From Limisphaerales bacterium (GTDB lineage Bacteria; Verrucomicrobiota; Verrucomicrobiia; Limisphaerales; UBA11358): a stretch of 64,000 nucleotides of DNA. A model generated the notes under the pieces. It had not been told where the DNA came from and searched no databases. It saw only the letters and a program-made list of their open reading frames with translations. The stretch is taken from positions 38,169 to 102,168 of the forward strand of contig JBKQOA010000010.1 in assembly GCA_052145735.1 (NCBI GenBank), read 5' to 3'. Below are positions 43,608 to 52,598 of this stretch, piece by piece. Both the position numbers and the translations under genes were made by a program. Numbering within the stretch: position 1 is the stretch's first letter; every line of letters begins with the position of its first letter.

Positions 43608-45047
43608 ATGAATGAGATCGCTTCCATTCAACCGGCTTTGAGCACAGTTCCCGGCACGGCGGGCGCCCGGAAACGCATCCTGCTGATCACGCCGGAAAAC
43701 CCGGAGATCAACCGGGTGCGCCGGCGACAATTCAACAATTTCACCCAAATCACCATGCCCTACCTCGCGGGATTCATTGACGAAGCCCGCTACCAGATTG
43801 AATTGGTGGACGAATACAACCAACGCATCCCTTACGAGCGGCCGGTTGATCTCGTGGCCATTACGGTGAACACGCCCAATGCTCCGCACTGTTATCGCAT
43901 GGCGGCGCGTTTCCGGTCCGGCGGCGCCCGGGTGGTGATGGGTGGACCGCACGCCACGCTGCGGCCGGAGGAGGCGGCGCAGCACTGCGACCATCTGGTG
44001 GTGGGCGAAGCGGAGGAAACCTGGCCGCGATTTCTGGACGAATTTCATCGTGGCGGCGCCCGGCCGCGCTACACCAGCGATCATGCGCCTTCGTTGCAGG
44101 GTCTCCCGATTCCGCGCCGCGATCTGATCCGGCGCCGGCACTTCACGAAGGGGGCGGTGTTCGCCACGCGGGGCTGTCCCTTCGCTTGCAGCTATTGCAA
44201 CCTCAAACAGATTTATCACGGCGGATTTCGCACCCGCCCGGCGCCTGAAGTGGTGGCGGACATTCAAAGCATGGGAAACCGGTACTTCGTTTTCTGGGAT
44301 GACAACTTTTTCGGCGACCTGGACTATGCCGCCCGGCTGATGACCGCGCTCAAGCCGTTGCATCGGCGGTGGGCGGCACAGGTGAGCATTGACCGTTGTG
44401 CCGACGAACGATTGCTGCAACTCGCCCGCGAGGCCGGCTGTGTCTATTTGTTCATCGGCCTGGAATCTTTTTCGGCGGCAAGCCTCGCCAGCGTCAACAA
44501 GGGGTTCAACCAGGTGCCACGCTATGCAGAAATCATTCAACGCATCCATCGGCACGGCATCTGCGTGCAAGCGGGCGTGATTTTTGGTTTCGACACGGAC
44601 GGCAAAGACGTTTTCGCCCGCACACTTGACGCCTGCGAATCTCTGGGCATTGATGGCGTGACGGTGAGCGTGCTGACCCCCCTGCCCGGCACGCGGCTTT
44701 ATGATGAGATGCAGCGGGAGGGCCGGTTGGTCACCGGCGACTGGGCCTGGTTCAACGGCAAGACGCACGTGGCCTTTCAGCCGAAGCAACTGACCGCGGA
44801 AGAGTTGTTTTCCGGATACATGTGGTTCCGCCGGCGTTTCTTCTCCTTCCGATCCATGCTGAAACGGATGTCCGTGTCGCGGACGAATCTCGTCCACAAC
44901 CTCCTCGTAAATCTGGGTTACAAATGGTCTCTCCGGGCCACGGCCAGGCCGGAGCTGATCCCCGGATCTGAACCCCGTCGCGGCGATTTTGTCGGGACAA
45001 TTTTCAAGGCGGTGTGCAGATTGATGTTCGCATGCAGGCGCACCTGA
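43608..45047 (+). CDS. B12-binding-domain radical SAM protein
   Basis: ATG at 43608. The N-terminal Rossmann-like region (RILLITPEN...VDLVAITV...VVMGGPHAT) is followed by the CPFACSYC (CxxxCxxC) cluster. Confidence 0.85.
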   Translation: MNEIASIQPALSTVPGTAGARKRILLITPENPEINRVRRRQFNNFTQITMPYLAGFIDEARYQIELVDEYNQRIPYERPVDLVAITVNTPNAPHCYRMAARFRSGGARVVMGGPHATLRPEEAAQHCDHLVVGEAEETWPRFLDEFHRGGARPRYTSDHAPSLQGLPIPRRDLIRRRHFTKGAVFATRGCPFACSYCNLKQIYHGGFRTRPAPEVVADIQSMGNRYFVFWDDNFFGDLDYAARLMTALKPLHRRWAAQVSIDRCADERLLQLAREAGCVYLFIGLESFSAASLASVNKGFNQVPRYAEIIQRIHRHGICVQAGVIFGFDTDGKDVFARTLDACESLGIDGVTVSVLTPLPGTRLYDEMQREGRLVTGDWAWFNGKTHVAFQPKQLTAEELFSGYMWFRRRFFSFRSMLKRMSVSRTNLVHNLLVNLGYKWSLRATARPELIPGSEPRRGDFVGTIFKAVCRLMFACRRT

Positions 45048-45304
45048 AAAGAATCCTGGCCGGACTGACGGCTTTGACAATCGCGGGGCTGCGGGAGTTT
45101 ACCAGCATGTTGAATGGAACGGTCGGTTCGGTGGCTGCGGGTTGGAAACTTTCCGGTTTTCTGGCGCTGATTTACATCCTGTTGTCTCTGGCGTTCGTTA
45201 TTCTGGTCCCCGTGCTGGTTCTGGCGGCGATGATCCTGACGGCCTGGCAGCGCTGCGTTCGAACAGAAGGGAATTCCCCGGCACCCCCCGGAATGAAATC
45301 TTAA
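45032..45304 (+). CDS. small hypothetical membrane protein (start uncertain)
   Basis: ORF overlapping the radical SAM stop. Hydrophobic core WKLSGFLALIYILLSLAFVILVPVLVLAAMIL. Confidence 0.3.
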   Translation: MQAHLKRILAGLTALTIAGLREFTSMLNGTVGSVAAGWKLSGFLALIYILLSLAFVILVPVLVLAAMILTAWQRCVRTEGNSPAPPGMKS

Positions 45305-45308
45305 AAAC

Positions 45309-46868
45309 ATGATGCCACAAAATCAGCCGACATCCGCGCCTGTTTTGATGGGCATCTGCCGCCAGGCCAACGCCGCCCTTCTGGTCCTGATCGCGCTTTT
45401 CTTTTTTTTCCTCCCGGTAGTTGTCACCGTTCACGACCTGTCGGACCCAAACATCCGGTCCGCCGGCATTCCTCGGTCCGCCTGGAAGCTTCACCGGGTT
45501 TTATCGCCCCAGTTTGAGCGATGGGCCAGGAAACGTCTCGCCTCCACGCGTGCGGCAGAACTGCCCACCACCAATATTTCGGGAACGGAATGGCCGTTGT
45601 TCGGCGCGGTGTTTTATCTCTGGGCCACGGAATCGCTCCAGACGGAATGGGAAAAACGCCGCGCTCCTCAAATCGTGGCGCCGAACGTTTATGCCCGCGG
45701 CGCCATCGAGGCCGCGACACGCCTGGTCATTGATCCCACACAGGCGAACTGGGTTAAAATTCACTGGGGCAAAAACTATTTGAAAACTGAAAATGTGTTT
45801 TACCGGATGCTCGTCATTGCCGCGCTGACCAGCCACGCCCGACTTACCGGCGACAAGGAATACCTGCCCTGGTTGAGGGATCAGGTTGACAGTTTGTCCG
45901 TTGAGCTGGATGCCAGTCGCCATGGCCTGCTGGATGATTATCCGGGCGAATGCTATCCGGGCGACGTGCTGACGGCGATTGCGATGATACACCGGGCGGA
46001 CAAGGTCCTGGGGACTGATCATTCGGCATTTGTTGCCCGTGCCCTGCGGGGTTTTCAAGACCAGACGCTGGATTCCCGGGGGTTGGTCCCCTACTTCGCC
46101 GTCGCGCCGCTGGGAGAACCCGTCGATTCAAGCCGTGGTTGTGGCAATTCTTACGTCTCACTCTTCTCGCCGGAAATCTGGCCCGAACAGGCCCGAAAAT
46201 GGTATGACCTTTACACGCAATATTTCTGGCAGGAATCCTGGACCTGCGCAGGATTTCGGGAATTTCCGAATGACGAGCCAGACAACAACTGGCACTTCGA
46301 TGTGGATTCCGGACCGGTACTCAAAGGTTTTGGTTGTGCTGCCTGCGCGTACGGCGTCGGAGCCGCCCGGGTCAACGGCCACTTCGAACACGCCTATCCG
46401 CTGACCGCAGAAATGTTGGTCACTTCGTGGCCGCTGCCGAACGGCACACGGCTCTTTCCGCGGCTGCTTTCCAACGCGGCTGATGCTCCTTGCCTTGGCG
46501 AGGCCGGGATCCTATTCAACCTCACCCGCCTGCCGGCTGAAGGGGTTCCCATCAAGACCGGCGGTTCGATGCCTGTGTTTGTCCTGATTTTTTTGGCGCT
46601 GCAATCCGGGATTGGCCTGATGCTGCTGACCGCTTCCATCCTGTCACTTCGTCGATGGCGAAAATATCATGCCGCAATGCTGCTTCATCGACCGGGCCTC
46701 CAATTTGGCATCTGGGCCGGACTATTGATTGCCTGTGCCCTCTGCCTGTTTCTTGGCCAAACGCTCCCCGCGTTGCTTTTCCTGGTCTGCGCTCAACTCT
46801 TTCCCCGGTATCAGCCAAAGGTGGTTGCTCCCGCGGAACCGCCCACCGGCAAGCCGGTTGAAACATGA
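45309..46868 (+). CDS. hypothetical membrane-anchored protein with a ~380-aa extracytoplasmic domain
   Basis: 519 aa. One N-terminal TM (ALLVLIALFFFFLPVVVTV) and two C-terminal TMs. The Cys- and Trp-rich central domain has no motif I recognise. Starts 4 nt after the previous ORF. Confidence 0.5.
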   Translation: MMPQNQPTSAPVLMGICRQANAALLVLIALFFFFLPVVVTVHDLSDPNIRSAGIPRSAWKLHRVLSPQFERWARKRLASTRAAELPTTNISGTEWPLFGAVFYLWATESLQTEWEKRRAPQIVAPNVYARGAIEAATRLVIDPTQANWVKIHWGKNYLKTENVFYRMLVIAALTSHARLTGDKEYLPWLRDQVDSLSVELDASRHGLLDDYPGECYPGDVLTAIAMIHRADKVLGTDHSAFVARALRGFQDQTLDSRGLVPYFAVAPLGEPVDSSRGCGNSYVSLFSPEIWPEQARKWYDLYTQYFWQESWTCAGFREFPNDEPDNNWHFDVDSGPVLKGFGCAACAYGVGAARVNGHFEHAYPLTAEMLVTSWPLPNGTRLFPRLLSNAADAPCLGEAGILFNLTRLPAEGVPIKTGGSMPVFVLIFLALQSGIGLMLLTASILSLRRWRKYHAAMLLHRPGLQFGIWAGLLIACALCLFLGQTLPALLFLVCAQLFPRYQPKVVAPAEPPTGKPVET

Positions 46869-46975
46869 AGGCAATTCGTATGCAAATGGGGTGTCATGCT
46901 TGGTGATGTGCCGCCGGGGGAAGTTATCTTTCAACTAGACAAATGCTGCCCCCGGGCGCGTCATACGGTTAAACC

Positions 46976-47518
46976 ATGCGGCATGACCCGCCTTCGCCAG
47001 CTTCGGCGCGGCAAAAACCGGAACTCGAACGGCTCTATGACGAGCACGCCCAGGCACTTTATGCCTTTCTTCTGAACCTGACCCGCGACGAGGCTGACAC
47101 CCGCGACCTGCTTCAGGACATCTTCGTCAAACTGGCCCGCGAGGAACAGATGCTCAACGGCGTGCGGGACGAACGCGCGTTTCTCATCCGGCTGGCCCAC
47201 AACGCCGCGATTGACTTGATGCGCCGACGCGGGACGCGGGCGAAAACCTGCGACCAATTCGCCGCCGAAGTCATTTCACCGTTTGCCCCCGCCGGCAATC
47301 CGGACGACCGGACCTTTCGCGCCGTGCTGGCCGAAGCGCTGGCCGAGTTGCCGGCGGAGCAGCGCGCGGTGGTGCATTTGAAATTATGGGAGCGACTGAC
47401 CTTTGAGCGGATCGCCGAGGCCTTGGACATTCCGCTGAACACCGCGGCCAGCCGGTATCGTTACGGCTTAGACAAATTGCGCGAGCGGCTGCGTCCCCTT
47501 TACGAAGAAATCAAATGA
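46976..47518 (+). CDS. ECF-type RNA polymerase sigma factor
   Basis: Region 2 (LYDEHAQALYAFLLNLTRDEADTRDLLQDIFVKL) and region 4 (LPAEQRAVVHLKLWERLTFERIAEALDIPLNTAASRYRYGLDKLR). Confidence 0.88.
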   Translation: MRHDPPSPASARQKPELERLYDEHAQALYAFLLNLTRDEADTRDLLQDIFVKLAREEQMLNGVRDERAFLIRLAHNAAIDLMRRRGTRAKTCDQFAAEVISPFAPAGNPDDRTFRAVLAEALAELPAEQRAVVHLKLWERLTFERIAEALDIPLNTAASRYRYGLDKLRERLRPLYEEIK

Positions 47519-47976
47519 ACATGGATGATTTTGAACATAAACTTCAACGCCAGCCGTTGCGGCAGGTCCCCGCCGGATGGCGCGAAGAAATTCTAGCAGC
47601 TGCCGATGTGAATCGGCGGCAAGTCATAAACCGGGAAGAAGTTGGCCGCGGATTCACATCCGCGGCTACGCGCTCTACTTGGCTCTCAACCGTCAACGCT
47701 CAACTCTCAGCCATCCTGTGGCCTCATCCCAAGGCCTGGGCCGGTCTGGCGGCGGTCTGGGTTTTGATTTTTGCCGTGAATTTTTCGATCCGCGACAAGT
47801 CACCGGTCATGGCGGGAAAATCCGCACCCACGTCGCCGGAAGTCATGGTGGAGTTAAGACAGCAACAGCGGATGCTGGTGGAATTGATCGGCCTGCGTGA
47901 CACGCGCGCGGCTGACCGGGCCAAACCCCTTGTCCCGCAGCCGCGCAGCGAGCGGGCGGAGATTTTGATGACGTGA
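47515..47976 (+). CDS. putative anti-sigma factor (single-TM protein coupled to the ECF sigma gene)
   Basis: ATGA overlap with the sigma gene. One TM (AWAGLAAVWVLIFAVNF). The call is by position only. Confidence 0.45.
   Translation: MNMDDFEHKLQRQPLRQVPAGWREEILAAADVNRRQVINREEVGRGFTSAATRSTWLSTVNAQLSAILWPHPKAWAGLAAVWVLIFAVNFSIRDKSPVMAGKSAPTSPEVMVELRQQQRMLVELIGLRDTRAADRAKPLVPQPRSERAEILMT
47603..47665. repeat. in-frame hairpin element inside the anti-sigma-like gene
   Basis: ccgatgtgaatcggcgg (47603-47619) pairs with ccgcggattcacatccgcgg (47646-47665), with a 10-bp perfect core gatgtgaatc/gattcacatc. Encodes ADVNRRQVINREEVGRGFTSAA. Confidence 0.7.
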
Positions 47977-48035
47977 AATGGCAGGGACGACCTGGCGGTT
48001 GTCCGTAGGCCGCGCGGCCCTGCCAAAATGGATTT

Positions 48036-49790
48036 ATGAACGAAGAGCCCAAAAGCATCTGGAAAAAGTCATGGAAAGGCCGGAGTGCGATTCTGATTTG
48101 GAGCGCGCTCATTGGCCTCGCAATTTTTCTGGCGATTCTCATTGCCGCCGCGGGAAAGCTGGACACGACGTTGGGCGGCAGTTTTGCGGCCGCCGCGTTT
48201 ATCGGCATTGTCGTTGTCATCTGCGGTCTCTTTGCCATCTACGCCGTGGTTCCGTTTCTTCGCTGGTTGCTTTGGAAACACTGGCGGCGAACGCTTTTTG
48301 GCTTTGCCTGTTTCATCACCTTGATCGCACTATTTTATGCCGAGGAGGACTGGCGCGGGAAACGGGACTGGGAAAAATTCAAACACGAATGGGAGGCCAG
48401 GGGCGAAAAATTTGATCGGGCCAGCGTGGTTCCGCCGCCCGTGCCGCAGGATCAGAATTTTGCGCTGACGCCGGTTGTCGCCAGCAGTTATGAAACGTTT
48501 CTGGACAAAAGCGGGCAGGCTTTGTCGCCGCGAAACACCAACGTCGTAAACCGGCTGCAAATGAGCATTTATGGCGACCAGGCGTTGTGCAAAGGGCCCA
48601 CCAATGGCACGGGCGACTGGCGAACCGCCAAAACCTGCTCCTTGGACGCCTGGCAACAATACTACCGCGCCTTGGCTGCCAAAACGAATGAGTTCCCCAT
48701 TCCACCACAACCACAATCGCCCGCCGCCGATGTGTTGCTCGCGTTGAGCAAATACGATTCGACGATTGAGGAACTGCGCCAGGCGGCCCGGTTGCCTGAA
48801 TCGCGTTTCCCGCTGGAATACGGCAAGGACTACCCGCCGGCCATGTTGCTGCCGCATCTGGCGCCAATTAAAGGATGCGCGCAAGTGCTTCAACTGCGCG
48901 CCCTCGCCGAATTGCAAAACGGCCAAAGTGAAAAGGCGACGGACGACGTGAAATTGTCGCTGCGACTGGCGGATGCCCTTCGCCCCGAGCCAATTTTGAT
49001 TTCGCACCTGGTCCGGATTGCCTTGACGCAAATCGCGTTGCAGCCGGTTTGGGAGGGATTGGCGGAACACCAATGGTCGGAGGCACAGCTCGCCGGGCTT
49101 GAGCAGGAACTGGCCAGGTTGGATTTTCTGGCGGATTATAAACTGGCCATGCGTGGAGAGATGGTGCTGTGCCAGGGCGGCGCCATGGATTATCTACGCC
49201 ATCACCCGGATCAGATTGTGAATCTGGGGAATGACAATAACTCTGACTATCCTCCGAGTTCATTCATGTTGCATTTGATTCCCGGCGGCTGGTTTTATCA
49301 AAATCAATTGCATTGCGCCCGTCCGATGGTGGAATTTTATCTGCCCGCGGCGGATGTAAATCAGGGGATTATTTCACCAACCGTCACCCGTCGGGCGGAT
49401 GCAGCCGTTGCCGCTGACGCCAAAAAACTCAACCCTTACAACCTGGTTGAGAGACTATTGCTGCCGGCGCTGGGCATCGCCGCGAGGAAATTCGCCTTCG
49501 GGCAAAATGAGGTGAATCTGGCGCGCACGGCTTGTGCGCTGGAACGCTATCGCCTTGCGCACGGCAAATATCCCGAAGCACTCGACACGCTGGCGCCGCA
49601 GTACATTGCCAAAGTGCCGCACGATGTCATCAACGGCCAGCCGCTGCATTATCGCCGCGAGGCAAACGGACAATTTGTGCTCTATTCGGTCGGCTGGAAC
49701 GAAACGGACGAGGGTGGAGAGATCAGCCTCACAAAGTATGGCGTGGATGTATCGACCGGTGACTGGGTCTGGCGGTATCCTTCGAAGTAA
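48036..49790 (+). CDS. hypothetical membrane protein with large extracytoplasmic domain
   Basis: 584 aa with three N-terminal TMs. The C-terminal segment VINGQPLHYRREANGQFVLYSVGWNETDEGGE resembles the C-terminal beta-domain pattern of type II secretion pseudopilins. Confidence 0.5.
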   Translation: MNEEPKSIWKKSWKGRSAILIWSALIGLAIFLAILIAAAGKLDTTLGGSFAAAAFIGIVVVICGLFAIYAVVPFLRWLLWKHWRRTLFGFACFITLIALFYAEEDWRGKRDWEKFKHEWEARGEKFDRASVVPPPVPQDQNFALTPVVASSYETFLDKSGQALSPRNTNVVNRLQMSIYGDQALCKGPTNGTGDWRTAKTCSLDAWQQYYRALAAKTNEFPIPPQPQSPAADVLLALSKYDSTIEELRQAARLPESRFPLEYGKDYPPAMLLPHLAPIKGCAQVLQLRALAELQNGQSEKATDDVKLSLRLADALRPEPILISHLVRIALTQIALQPVWEGLAEHQWSEAQLAGLEQELARLDFLADYKLAMRGEMVLCQGGAMDYLRHHPDQIVNLGNDNNSDYPPSSFMLHLIPGGWFYQNQLHCARPMVEFYLPAADVNQGIISPTVTRRADAAVAADAKKLNPYNLVERLLLPALGIAARKFAFGQNEVNLARTACALERYRLAHGKYPEALDTLAPQYIAKVPHDVINGQPLHYRREANGQFVLYSVGWNETDEGGEISLTKYGVDVSTGDWVWRYPSK

Positions 49791-49792
49791 AT

Positions 49793-49900
49793 TAACCGCC
49801 AAGATGCAAAGCGCGCCAAGTTTTTGGCAGAAATACCAGCATCTTCAAAATTAGATTTCAGGGATTTCTTTCCTTGGCGAACTGGACGGCTTGGTGGTTA
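49793..49900. repeat. long hairpin repeat element upstream of the MBL/beta-CASP gene
   Basis: taaccgccaag...gcgccaag (49793-49820) pairs with ccttggcg...cttggtggtta (49872-49900). Confidence 0.6.
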
Positions 49901-49948
49901 AAACGCTTTTTGCTTCGCGCCTTTGTGTCTTTGTGGTGAAATTCATTT

Positions 49949-51325
49949 GTGAACATCACCAATCTGAATCCGGACACGGACATCGGCGCGAGCGCGTGGC
50001 TGGTGGAGGTGGACGATCACCGCATTCTGCTCGACGCGGGGATGCATCCGAAACGCGAGGGGCGCGCCGGCCTGCCGCTCTTCGGCAAGGCGGGGGACGC
50101 CGAGGTGGATGCCATCGCGATTTCGCACTGCCATCACGACCACGTCGGCGGGCTGCCGGTGGCGTGCCGGCATTTCCCCAAGGCGCACGTGCTGATGAGC
50201 GAACTCAGCTATTTCATCGTCGAGCGCGTGCTGCACAATTCGGTGAACGTGATGACGCGCCAGCGCGACGAACTGGGCATCCGGGAATATCCGCTCTACT
50301 CGCACGACGAGGTGGACGACCTCGCGCCGCTGTTTCAGGGTTTCAAATACAATCGCGAAGTCGAGTGGGCGGCATTTCACAAAACCCGCGCCGGATTGGT
50401 CTCGCCGACGCTGGAGTTTTTCGACGCCGGCCATACGCTGGGTTCGGCGGGCATTTTGATCCGCGGCAAAAAGGAGACGCTGTTTTACACCGGCGACGTG
50501 TGCTTCCACGACCAGACGATTTTGCGCGCCGCGCGCTTTGAAGACGTCAAGGCTGACGTGATGATCATGGAGACAACGCGCGGCAACCGCGCGCTGCCGG
50601 CGCAGGTTTCCCGCGAAAGCGAAATCGAGCGGCTCACCGCGGCCATCCAGCACGCGCTCAAACGCAAGGGCTGCGTGCTCATCCCGGCGTTTGCGCTGGG
50701 GCGCACCCAGGAAATTCTGGCGCTGCTGGCGCTGCTCATGCGCGCGGGAAAGTTGAAGCCGCAGCCGGTTTACATCGGCGGACTGGGCCGCGTATTCACG
50801 GAAATTTACGACCTGGAAGCGCACCGGACGCACCGGCAGCACACGAGTTTGCAGTTGCACGAGGCGCTGGAGCTCATCGTCCTCGAAAAAGGCCAGGCGG
50901 AAAAAATGAAGCTCAGCGGCGGCCGCATCTTCGTGATCACCGCCGGGATGATGAGCGAGAACACCGCCGCGCATGACCTCGCGGTCCGCATGGCGGGGGA
51001 TGAACGGCAGTCCATCTTCTTTGTCGGTTATGCGGACCCGGACACCCCGGGCGGACGGCTGAAGGCGGCCCAACCGGGTGAAACGTTCGTTTTCAGCCCC
51101 GGCGCCGGGCGTGTCACCCGCCATTGTGAAGTGCTGGATTTTGATTTGACCGCGCACGCCAACCGGGGGGATTTGCTGGATTTTGTCGGGCAGGTCTCGC
51201 CCCGCGCGATTTTGCTCGGCCACGGCGGCGAGGAATCCCGCGGCTGGTTCGAGGAACAAATCCGCGCGCGCCATCCCAAAATCAAAATCCTCCAGCCGCA
51301 ACCGGCCAGGACAGTCCCGGTGTGA
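49949..51325 (+). CDS. MBL-fold / beta-CASP family hydrolase (RNA-metabolising type)
   Basis: GTG start. HCHHDHVGGLP metallo-beta-lactamase motif, and 458-aa length with a C-terminal beta-CASP-like region. Confidence 0.83.
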   Translation: MNITNLNPDTDIGASAWLVEVDDHRILLDAGMHPKREGRAGLPLFGKAGDAEVDAIAISHCHHDHVGGLPVACRHFPKAHVLMSELSYFIVERVLHNSVNVMTRQRDELGIREYPLYSHDEVDDLAPLFQGFKYNREVEWAAFHKTRAGLVSPTLEFFDAGHTLGSAGILIRGKKETLFYTGDVCFHDQTILRAARFEDVKADVMIMETTRGNRALPAQVSRESEIERLTAAIQHALKRKGCVLIPAFALGRTQEILALLALLMRAGKLKPQPVYIGGLGRVFTEIYDLEAHRTHRQHTSLQLHEALELIVLEKGQAEKMKLSGGRIFVITAGMMSENTAAHDLAVRMAGDERQSIFFVGYADPDTPGGRLKAAQPGETFVFSPGAGRVTRHCEVLDFDLTAHANRGDLLDFVGQVSPRAILLGHGGEESRGWFEEQIRARHPKIKILQPQPARTVPV

Positions 51326-51333
51326 AAAGCTGA

Positions 51334-51376
51334 ACCGCCGGACGAAATGGCTTCGGCCGGCGGTCGGTTCGTTTTG
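51334..51376. terminator. hairpin between convergent genes (possible bidirectional terminator)
   Basis: accgccgg (51334-51341) pairs with ccggcggt (51357-51364). Only a weak T-run (gtttt) follows. Confidence 0.4.
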
Positions 51377-51386
51377 CGCTCCAAGT

Positions 51387-52598
51387 TTAATGCCCGCCGT
51401 TGACGATGTTGGCGAGGTTGAAAATCGGCAGGAACATGCAAATGACCATGCCGCCGATGACCACCCCCAGGAAAACAATCAGCATGGGTTCAAGGAGCGA
51501 CATGAGACCCGAGAGCGTGGTTTCGATTTCCTCGTCGAGAAATTTCGAGACCCGCTCGAGCATGTTGTCGATGTTGCCGGTTTGTTCACCGGCGCTCAAC
51601 ATGCGCACGATCATGCTCGGAAAGATCGGGTTCTTGCCCAGCGCGGCGGAGATGCCTTCGCCCCGCTCGATGTCCCCGGCGGCGGTCTTGATGGCCTTTT
51701 CCATGATGACGTTGCCGACGGTCTGGGAAACAATCTGGAGCACTTCCAGGATGGGCACGCCGCTGCGAACGAGCGAGGCGAGTGTGCGCGTGAAGCGGAC
51801 CAGGCAGATTTTATGCGCAATGGGGCCGAAGATCGGCAGCTTGATGCGGCGGGCATCCCAAAAGGTGCGTCCGGTTTTGGTCTTGATGAAAGACAACCAG
51901 CCCCAGATGGCCGCGCCGCCGGCGATGAGCATCAGGAGCAAAAATCTTTTGACGAGTTCGCTGAGATCCATCATGAACTGCGTCGGGCCAGGCAGGGCGG
52001 CGCCAAAACCCTCATAAACCTCCTTGAAGGTGGGAATGACCTTCACCATGAGGAAGATGGTGATGCCGATGGCCACAATGCTGACGGCCGATGGATACAT
52101 CAACGCCGTCTTGACCTTTTTGCGGAGGCGTTCGGCATTTTCCAGGTAGGTCGCCAGCCGCGCGAGAATTTCCGCCAACAAACCGCCCTTTTCGCCCGCC
52201 GACACCATGGAATAGTACAGTTTGTTGAACGTCTTGGGATGCTTTTGCAGGGCCTCGGAAAAACTTTCACCGCTTTCCACGCGCGTGCACACGTCCCGGA
52301 TAACGTCGCGCATGACCTTGTTCGGCGTCTGTTCCGCCAGCGCCTGGAGGCACTGCACGATGGCAATGCCCGCCTCGATCATCGTCGCCAATTGGCGGGT
52401 GAAAACGACCAGGTCGGCCAGCGCCACCGATCCGCCCTTCGTCTTGCCCTTTTTGGAGATCTTTTCCTGGATGGACACCACCAGCAGATTGCGGTTCAGC
52501 AACGCGGCGATGGCGGCCTGTTCCGTCACGGCTTCGACCGTGCTGTTGATTTCCCGCCCGGTGGCTGTCTCCCGGGCCGTGTAAGCAAATGATGGCAT
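51387..52598 (-). CDS. type II secretion / type IV pilus platform protein (GspF/PilC family)
   Basis: 403 aa with two T2SSF repeats (GESFSEALQKHPKTF... and GEGISAALGKNPIFP...) and three TM segments. Confidence 0.88.
   Translation of the reverse strand: MPSFAYTARETATGREINSTVEAVTEQAAIAALLNRNLLVVSIQEKISKKGKTKGGSVALADLVVFTRQLATMIEAGIAIVQCLQALAEQTPNKVMRDVIRDVCTRVESGESFSEALQKHPKTFNKLYYSMVSAGEKGGLLAEILARLATYLENAERLRKKVKTALMYPSAVSIVAIGITIFLMVKVIPTFKEVYEGFGAALPGPTQFMMDLSELVKRFLLLMLIAGGAAIWGWLSFIKTKTGRTFWDARRIKLPIFGPIAHKICLVRFTRTLASLVRSGVPILEVLQIVSQTVGNVIMEKAIKTAAGDIERGEGISAALGKNPIFPSMIVRMLSAGEQTGNIDNMLERVSKFLDEEIETTLSGLMSLLEPMLIVFLGVVIGGMVICMFLPIFNLANIVNGGH

Noticed and set aside
43375-45304. RiPP-like system (small ORFs flanking a radical SAM enzyme).
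   Set aside because: Both small ORFs are dominated by TM-helix-like hydrophobic stretches and lack leader/core features. There is no peptidase or RiPP-recognition element nearby. The idea is kept only as an alternative within the operon finding.
46869-46975. ECF-type autoregulatory promoter (GGAAC-N16-CGTC) upstream of the sigma factor gene.
   Set aside because: A CGTC is present at about 46955, but no AAC-type -35 lies at the required spacing.
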